64,000 bases of DNA, taken from contig JAQTUX010000001.1 in assembly GCA_028707125.1 (NCBI GenBank), positions 725,764 to 789,763 on the forward strand, read 5' to 3'. The translations under genes were made by a program, and so were the position numbers. This document shows positions 57,956-64,000 of this stretch, piece by piece (position 1 is the stretch's first letter; every line of letters begins with the position of its first letter). The notes under the pieces were generated by a model. It did no database searches. It saw only the letters and a program-made list of their open reading frames with translations, and was not told the origin of the DNA. The DNA is from Candidatus Omnitrophota bacterium (GTDB taxonomy: Bacteria; Omnitrophota; Gorgyraeia; Gygaellales; JAQTUX01).

Positions 57956-59140
57956 ATGTTATGGTCAAAGTCATTCATACCTACGCTCAAAGAGGCGCCT
58001 AAGGAGGCGGAATCAGAGAGCCATAAGCTTATGCTGCGCGCGGGACTGGTGCGCATGCTTATGGGAGGGGTTTATTCCTATCTTCCTTTGGGGTTAAGAT
58101 GCCTCAATAATATTGAGAATATTATCAGGCAGGAGATGAACGCCGCCGGCTCGCAGGAGCTGCTTCTTCCCGTGCTGCAGCCCCTTGAGCTATGGCTCAA
58201 GACAGGCAGAGACAAAACAATAGGCGATGTGATGTTCCGGATCACCGACAGGCGCGGGAGAAAGGTGTCGTTAGGGCCTACGCACGAAGAAGTCATTACC
58301 GAGGTAGCCAGGGGGTTTGTTTCTTCTTATAAACAGCTGCCCTTTATACTCTATCAGATACAGACGAAATTCAGGGACGAGATACGGCCGCGGTTCGGGC
58401 TGGTGAGGTGTTGTGAGTTTATTATGAAGGATGCCTATAGTTTTGACAGGGATGAGGCGGGGCTGGACAGGAATTACAAATTGATGCTGGCCGCGTATAA
58501 GAATATCTTCAAGAGGTGCGGGCTCAACTTTATTACAACTGAGGCAGACACCGGAGTTATGGGGGGCAGCGAGTCGCATGAATTCATGGTGCCGGCTGAA
58601 AGCGGAGAAGACGTGGTGGAGGGGAAGAACGCCTTAGAGGTGGGGCACATCTTTAAGTTGGGCACAAAATATTCAGAGGCCATAGGCGCGCATTTCCTTG
58701 ATGAGGACGGGAAGAGCAAGCCCATCGTGATGGGCTGTTACGGCATCGGCGTATCGCGCATGATTTCCGCCATACTTGAGCAGAACCACGATAAGGACGG
58801 GATCGTCTGGCCGGATGAAGTGGCGCCTTTTAAGGCGTTGATCGTAGCGGTTGACGCTACCGACAGCGCCATTATGAAATTCTGCGGCTCTCTTTACGAA
58901 GGACTGGGCAGAGAGGGGATAGAATGCCTTTTCGATGACAGGGATGAGCGCGCAGGCGTTAAGTTCAAGGACGCCGACCTCATCGGCATACCGCTTTCGG
59001 TTATCGTGGGAAAGAGTTACAAGGAAAGCGGCAAGGTGGATATCAAGGACAGGCGCAGCCATAAAAGCATAAGCGTGGCGGATAAAGAGGCGGCTAATCG
59101 CGTCAGGGAGATCTTGGATGGAAAGAGCGGAATTACTTAA
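57956..59140 (+). CDS. proS: Prolyl-tRNA synthetase, bacterial type lacking the INS editing domain
   Basis: Class II motifs (...FRDEIRPRFGLVRCCEFIMKDAYSF...; GCYGIGVSR) and the anticodon-binding domain are present. At 394 aa it is too short for an INS insertion. Confidence 0.8.
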   Translation: MLWSKSFIPTLKEAPKEAESESHKLMLRAGLVRMLMGGVYSYLPLGLRCLNNIENIIRQEMNAAGSQELLLPVLQPLELWLKTGRDKTIGDVMFRITDRRGRKVSLGPTHEEVITEVARGFVSSYKQLPFILYQIQTKFRDEIRPRFGLVRCCEFIMKDAYSFDRDEAGLDRNYKLMLAAYKNIFKRCGLNFITTEADTGVMGGSESHEFMVPAESGEDVVEGKNALEVGHIFKLGTKYSEAIGAHFLDEDGKSKPIVMGCYGIGVSRMISAILEQNHDKDGIVWPDEVAPFKALIVAVDATDSAIMKFCGSLYEGLGREGIECLFDDRDERAGVKFKDADLIGIPLSVIVGKSYKESGKVDIKDRRSHKSISVADKEAANRVREILDGKSGIT

Positions 59141-59588
59141 TAAAGTAAAAGACATATTTGATGCGGAATTCGCCGATTCCGGTTATGTGTTGGTAGATAT
59201 ATCTACATCAATAATAAACAGGCAGTTAAATATCCGCCTGGCGGTTGACAGGAAGGATGGAGGCATCAATCTTGGGGAATGCGCTGGGATAAACAGGCGT
59301 CTCTGTGAAATTCTGGACAGAGAAGATCTGGTTCAGGAAAGCTATGTCCTTGAGGTCGCCTCTCCCGGCGTGGACAGGCCGCTTGCCGGCGAGGCGGATT
59401 TTAGACGGAATATTCATCATACTATTTTTGTGATGTTTGAAGATGAAGCGGGAGGCATCAGTCAAATAGAGGGCGAACTGCTTGAGGTTAACGCGGGGGG
59501 CATAGCTATAAAGGCCAAGGATAAAACAGTGGATGTCCCTCTTGACAGGATCAAGAAGGCGAAACAAAGAGTTAAACTAGGAGATTAA
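59118..59588 (+). CDS. rimP: Ribosome maturation factor RimP
   Basis: It lies upstream of nusA-infB. The length (156 aa) and the LEVASPGVDRPL motif fit RimP. Confidence 0.8.
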   Translation: MERAELLNKVKDIFDAEFADSGYVLVDISTSIINRQLNIRLAVDRKDGGINLGECAGINRRLCEILDREDLVQESYVLEVASPGVDRPLAGEADFRRNIHHTIFVMFEDEAGGISQIEGELLEVNAGGIAIKAKDKTVDVPLDRIKKAKQRVKLGD

Positions 59589-59591
59589 TAT

Positions 59592-60785
59592 ATGAACGGT
59601 GAATTATTGGCGATTCTTGAACAGATGGAGAGAGAGAAGGGCATAAAGAAGGACGTGCTGATCAAGGCGGTTGAGGCGGCGATCGCTTCAGCCGTAAAGA
59701 AGGTATTGGACGTCAAGCCCGGGGTAAACGTCAGGGCAGAGCTTAGCAGCGCGACCGGAAAGATCAAGGCCTATGCCGGAGATGAGGAGATAACCTCTAT
59801 TGATATGGGCAGGATCGCCGCTCAGACCGCCAAGCAGGTTATAATCCAGAAGATACGCGAGGCAGAGAAGGATGTTGTCTATGAAGAATTTTCCGGAAAG
59901 GTGGGAGAGATCGTAAGCGGAGGCGTATACAGGTTTGAAAGGGGTAACATCATAGTTGACCTTTTGGGCAAGGCAGAGGGTATGTTGCCTAAAAACGAGC
60001 GTTCTCCCAAGGAAGAGTTCAAGCAGGGCGACAGGATACGGGCTTATGTGCTTGAAGTCAGGAAAGAAGCGAGAGGGCCGCACATATTGCTTACGCGCGC
60101 CCACCCTAATTTTGTGAAGAAGATGTTTGAAATGGAGGTGCCTGAGATCTATGATAATATTGTGGAGGTAAAAGCCATATCGCGCAAGCCCGGAGAGCGC
60201 ACCAAGATCGCGGTACATTCAAAGGACGAAAAAGTCGACTCTGTGGGCGCCTGCGTGGGCATGCGCGGCTCGCGGGTAAAGAACATAGTCTCCGAGCTGC
60301 ACGGAGAAAAGATAGACATTGTCAGGTACAGCGATGATACGCGCGAATACATAAAAAACGCGCTCGCGCCTGCCAAGATCACCGAGATACGGCTGGATAA
60401 GGACAGCCAGCGGGCAGAGGTTGTGGTAGAGGACGACCAGCTGTCGCTGGCAATAGGAAAACACGGGCAGAATGTGCGCCTGGCATCGGGCCTGGTTGGC
60501 TGGGAACTGGATATCCGCACAAAATCGCAGCTTGAGGCAAAGGCGGAAGAGAAAAAGCGGGCCGAGGTTGAGGAGGCCGCTCCTTCAGAGCCGCAAGAAG
60601 AGGGATCTCTACGCGCGCTTTCAGGGGTAGGTGAGAAGACCGTGGAAGAATTAAAGAAGGCGGGTTTTACCTCGCTCGCATCAATAGCCGATACCGACAT
60701 AGCGGGCCTTACCAGGGTAAAGGGCATAGGAGAAAAGAAGGCGAAGAAAATGATCGCCGAGGCGAAGAAGGCGCTGAAAAAATAA
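59592..60785 (+). CDS. nusA: Transcription termination/antitermination factor NusA
   Basis: An S1 domain and tandem KH domains are followed by a C-terminal HhH-like tail; 397 aa. Position is rimP-nusA-infB. Confidence 0.9.
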   Translation: MNGELLAILEQMEREKGIKKDVLIKAVEAAIASAVKKVLDVKPGVNVRAELSSATGKIKAYAGDEEITSIDMGRIAAQTAKQVIIQKIREAEKDVVYEEFSGKVGEIVSGGVYRFERGNIIVDLLGKAEGMLPKNERSPKEEFKQGDRIRAYVLEVRKEARGPHILLTRAHPNFVKKMFEMEVPEIYDNIVEVKAISRKPGERTKIAVHSKDEKVDSVGACVGMRGSRVKNIVSELHGEKIDIVRYSDDTREYIKNALAPAKITEIRLDKDSQRAEVVVEDDQLSLAIGKHGQNVRLASGLVGWELDIRTKSQLEAKAEEKKRAEVEEAAPSEPQEEGSLRALSGVGEKTVEELKKAGFTSLASIADTDIAGLTRVKGIGEKKAKKMIAEAKKALKK

Positions 60786-60798
60786 ACATACAGGACAA

Positions 60799-63033
60799 AT
60801 GAGAGTAAACGAATTAGCGAAGGAATTAGGCATACCTACTCAGAAGCTGGTCAATAAGATAAAGCGGATGAAGATAAGTGTTGCCAGCGCCGTAAGCGTT
60901 TTGAGCGACAAGGATGTTCTGCGCATACGCAAGGAAATAAAACCGGGGGCAGGCATTAAGCCGGTTAAGAAGCCGCCGGTAAAACAGACAGCAGCTGCCC
61001 CTAAAAAAAAGGCAGAGCCGAAGCTGAAAAAGGCCGCGAAGGAAATAAAGAAAAAGCCGGTGCCGCCGCAGGCAGTTAAGAAGCCGCCGGTAGAGAAGAA
61101 GCCAAAGCCGGTTGCCGCGGCGCTTCCCGAAGTAAAGGCCGCCGCGCCGCAGCCGCAGAAACCGGCTGTTAAAGCCCCCGCGCCGAAGCCGGTCCCCGTG
61201 CCCGCGCCAAAACCCGTTCCAAAACCCGAGATAAAAAAAGAAGAGCCCCCTGAAGTATACGAGACGGCCATAGTCAAAAGCGTTGAATTGATCCTTCCCA
61301 TAACCGTTAAGGACCTGTCGGTAAAACTCCAGGTTAAATCATCCATTTTAATAAAGAAGTTGATCGATATGAAGGTGATGGCAGGCCTGAATCAGGTCTT
61401 GCCCGAGGAGGTTGTGAGAAATGTCTGCGCGCAGTTAGGGGTGGAGATCAAGCAGATGCCACGCAAGGAAGAGGTGATTTTGAGGCCGCACAAAGAGGAC
61501 GACCTCCCCGGGTCCCTGCGGTCCCGGCCCCCGGTCGCCACCCTTATGGGCCACGTGGACCATGGCAAGACATCGCTTTTGGACGTGATAAGAAAATCAA
61601 ATGTCGTTGACAAGGAATACGGCGGCATTACACAGCATATAGGCGCGTATCAGGTAGTTGTTCCCGGAGGCAAGATCACCTTTCTGGATACCCCGGGCCA
61701 TGAGGCGTTCACGGCTATGCGCAAGCGCGGCGCGCATATTACCGATATAGTCATACTTGTCGTTGCCGCGGACGACGGAGTAATGCCCCAGACGCAGGAG
61801 GCCATAGACCATGCCAGGGCCGCGGGTGTTCCTATAATAGTGGCGATAAATAAAATAGATAAGCCGCAGGCCAATCTGGACAAGGTTAAAAAACAGCTTG
61901 CCGCATTAGGCCTTAACCCGGAGGATTGGGGCGGAAAGACCATAATGGTGGGCGTTTCCGCTAAGACAGGAGAAGGGGTCAGCAGCCTGCTTGAGATGAT
62001 ACTGCTTGAGGCGGAGATGCTGGAGTTGAAGGCAAACCCTGCCAGGGCCGCCAGAGGCGTGGTGATAGAGGCAAAGATGAGCAAAGGCAGCGGCCCGGTT
62101 GTCACGCTGCTTATTCAGAACGGCGCGTTGCGTAAGGGCGATTCCGTAATAGCGGGGCGCTATTACGGCAAGATCAGGGCGATGTTTGACGACCACGGCC
62201 GCAAGATCGACGCCGCGGCCCCTTCCGTGCCTATTGAGGTGCTGGGTTTAAGCGGCGTACCTGAGGCAGGGGATGAGTTTTTTGTGATAGAGGACGAAAA
62301 GAAGGCTCGGGAACTTGCGGCCCTCAGGGGTGAGGAGGCCGGCAATAAGGAGCCGGAGGCGTCAAAAAAGATAACGCTTGAAGAACTGTATTCTCAGATA
62401 AAAGAAGGTAAGATCAAAGAGCTCAAGATCATCCTTAAGGCGGACGTGCAGGGTTCGCTCGAGGCGCTTCTTGAGTCGTTTAACAAGATCGAGTCAAGCG
62501 AAGTGCAGATAAACATACTGCACGCCGGCATAGGCGCGATCAACTCTTCAGATGTCATACTGGCTTCGGCGTCTAACGCGCTTATCCTCGGATTCCACGT
62601 CAAGCCGGACACACAGGCAGTGGATATAATCTCCAAGGAGGGTGTTGAGGTACGCACCTACAACGTTATCTATGAACTTATAGACGAGTTGAAATTAGCG
62701 CTGGAAGGCCTGCTCGAACCCAGGATCAAGAAGGTATTTTTAGGCAAGGTGCAGGTCAAAAAAGTTTTCAGTCTTTCAAGATCCGGGACCATCGCCGGAT
62801 GTTTCGTGACTAAGGGCAAGATCACGCGGAATTCCCTGGTATCTTTGGAGAGGAACGGGCAGCCGGTCTACGAGGGAAAATTAAGCTCGCTTAAGCGTTT
62901 TAAGGACGATGTCAGGGAAGTGCAGGAGGGCTTTGAGTGCGGCCTGTCCCTGGCAGGGTTTAACGACTACCGGGAAGGGGATGTAATAGAGGTATATGAA
63001 GAGCAAAAGATCGCAAGGAAACTCTCAGATTAA
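60799..63033 (+). CDS. infB: Translation initiation factor IF-2
   Basis: The N-terminal Pro/Ala/Lys-rich low-complexity region is followed by the G-domain VATLMGHVDHGKTSLLD, DTPGHEAF and NKID; 744 aa. Confidence 0.92.
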   Translation: MRVNELAKELGIPTQKLVNKIKRMKISVASAVSVLSDKDVLRIRKEIKPGAGIKPVKKPPVKQTAAAPKKKAEPKLKKAAKEIKKKPVPPQAVKKPPVEKKPKPVAAALPEVKAAAPQPQKPAVKAPAPKPVPVPAPKPVPKPEIKKEEPPEVYETAIVKSVELILPITVKDLSVKLQVKSSILIKKLIDMKVMAGLNQVLPEEVVRNVCAQLGVEIKQMPRKEEVILRPHKEDDLPGSLRSRPPVATLMGHVDHGKTSLLDVIRKSNVVDKEYGGITQHIGAYQVVVPGGKITFLDTPGHEAFTAMRKRGAHITDIVILVVAADDGVMPQTQEAIDHARAAGVPIIVAINKIDKPQANLDKVKKQLAALGLNPEDWGGKTIMVGVSAKTGEGVSSLLEMILLEAEMLELKANPARAARGVVIEAKMSKGSGPVVTLLIQNGALRKGDSVIAGRYYGKIRAMFDDHGRKIDAAAPSVPIEVLGLSGVPEAGDEFFVIEDEKKARELAALRGEEAGNKEPEASKKITLEELYSQIKEGKIKELKIILKADVQGSLEALLESFNKIESSEVQINILHAGIGAINSSDVILASASNALILGFHVKPDTQAVDIISKEGVEVRTYNVIYELIDELKLALEGLLEPRIKKVFLGKVQVKKVFSLSRSGTIAGCFVTKGKITRNSLVSLERNGQPVYEGKLSSLKRFKDDVREVQEGFECGLSLAGFNDYREGDVIEVYEEQKIARKLSD

Positions 63034-63055
63034 AAAGGGCAGGGTATTAAGCGGT

Positions 63056-64000
63056 ATGCGGCCTACCGGCAAACTGCACCTGGGGCATTTGGCAGGGGCG
63101 CTCGGCAACTGGAAAATGCTGCAGCAGGAATATGAGTGTTTTTTTATGGTGGCTGACTGGCACGCCTTAATGAGCGAGTATAATGATCCCGGCCGCGTAA
63201 AAGAATACGCGATAGATAATGTCCGTGATTGGTTAAGCTCGGGCATTGACCCGGACAAGGCCACGTTTTTTATCCAGTCCGAGGTCGGCCGGCACCTTGA
63301 CCTGTTTATGATCCTTTCCTGCCTGACGCCTCTGGGGTGGCTGGAAAGAAACCCCACATACAAGGAACAGTTGAGAGAGATAAAGAACAGGGATATAAGC
63401 ACGTTCGGATTCCTGGGCTATCCTGTTTTGCAGGCAGCGGATATACTGATATACAGGGCGGATACAGTACCCGTAGGGGATGACCAGCTGCCTCATCTGG
63501 AATTGACCAGGGAGATAGCGCGCCGTTTTAATCATATTTACGGCACCTCGTTATTGCCTGAACCGAAGGCATTGCTTACCAGGACGCCCCGGCTTTCAGG
63601 CATAGACGGCAGGAAGATGAGCAAAAGTTTCGGTAATACCATAAATCTTTCTGACAGCGAAGGCGAGATCAGGAAAAAGGTCCAGATGATGTTCACGGAC
63701 CCTGAGCGCGTAAGGCTGAGCGATCCCGGCCATCCTGATAAATGTAACGTCCACAGTTATTACGCGGTATTCTGCCCTGAAATGAAGGCCGAGGTAGACG
63801 ACTGGTGCGTTAACGCCAGGGTCGGCTGCACGGAATGCAAGAAGCGGCTTGCCGAATGCCTTCTTGAGGATGTATTGGGGCCCATACAGCGCAAGAGGAA
63901 ATTGTTTCCAGACAGCAAGATCGAGAAGATACTTTCCCGCGGCACTAAAAGGGCGGGCCTGGAGGCGGGAAAGACATTCAAGGATATTAAAGGGGCCATG
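63056..64000 (+). CDS. trpS: Tryptophanyl-tRNA synthetase; 3' end outside the window; start uncertain
   Basis: I read frame 2 myself; this ORF is not in the supplied track. MRPTGKLHLGHLAGALGNW is the class I HIGH motif and GRKMSKSFGNTI is KMSKS. The reading frame is open upstream to 63017 with no ATG, so the true start may be a non-ATG codon. Confidence 0.75.
   Translation, partial: MRPTGKLHLGHLAGALGNWKMLQQEYECFFMVADWHALMSEYNDPGRVKEYAIDNVRDWLSSGIDPDKATFFIQSEVGRHLDLFMILSCLTPLGWLERNPTYKEQLREIKNRDISTFGFLGYPVLQAADILIYRADTVPVGDDQLPHLELTREIARRFNHIYGTSLLPEPKALLTRTPRLSGIDGRKMSKSFGNTINLSDSEGEIRKKVQMMFTDPERVRLSDPGHPDKCNVHSYYAVFCPEMKAEVDDWCVNARVGCTECKKRLAECLLEDVLGPIQRKRKLFPDSKIEKILSRGTKRAGLEAGKTFKDIKGAM

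Overview
The window is about 64 kb of a compact bacterial chromosome, roughly 50% GC by eye. I call about 62 protein-coding genes, every one on the + strand; many have 1-40 nt overlaps, which suggests long co-directional operons. I found no rRNA, tRNA or CRISPR. Gene content points to a diderm organism, possibly an uncultivated PVC/Omnitrophota-like lineage, though the sequence cannot settle this.

Gene content in order:
- Purine and one-carbon genes: purD (3' part), purE, purA, and a Sua5/TsaC–low-molecular-weight phosphatase fusion followed by rpiB and glyA, matching the Bacillus ywlC-ywlE-ywlF-glyA order.
- nrdR, cca, suhB and a macro-NUDIX fusion.
- A c-di-GMP/sigma-factor module: dgkA, a STAS-PilZ fusion, aroC, an ECF sigma factor, a zinc anti-sigma factor and a second PilZ protein.
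- aroK, dprA, topA and a Xer recombinase.
- A large lipid A / Kdo / heptose LPS cluster (16.7-35 kb): waaA, lpxK, an LpxL–ELM1-like fusion, a GT4-GT9 fusion, a very AT-rich SGNH hydrolase, a GT4, three more GT9 heptosyltransferases, a deoxyhypusine-synthase-like gene with its own promoter, the heptose kinase hldA, kdsB, kdsA, kdsD, kdsC, lptC/A and lptB.
- A PPIase-less trigger factor next to clpP.
- A putative serC (class V aminotransferase) and serA.
- A secreted DsbD-like / DsbA-like redox pair and an HMGL-family synthase.
- An AT-rich island carrying a secreted TPR–C39-like-peptidase–RHS toxin (1278 aa) with an unrecognised 97-aa C-terminal toxin domain, a 76-aa two-TM immunity candidate, and an 888-aa protein with six PPC repeats and a terminal YD-repeat fragment.
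- An OmpA-like lipoprotein, then uppS, cdsA, dxr, rseP, ispG, an INS-less proS, rimP, nusA, infB and the 5' part of trpS.

Non-coding highlights:
- A family of near-identical GC-rich palindromic hairpin repeats (core CCCCACACTTACGTGTGGGG, often paired with CTACAGRCGTAAGYCTGTAG) sits immediately upstream of four genes. The second hairpin shows a compensatory base-pair change between copies.
- Two heptamer-based imperfect inverted-repeat arrays flank the aminotransferase gene: (CCCTAAA)n/(TTTAGGG)n upstream and (GGTTACG)n/(CGTAACC)n downstream.
- Two rho-independent terminators and three sigma70-like promoters are visible.
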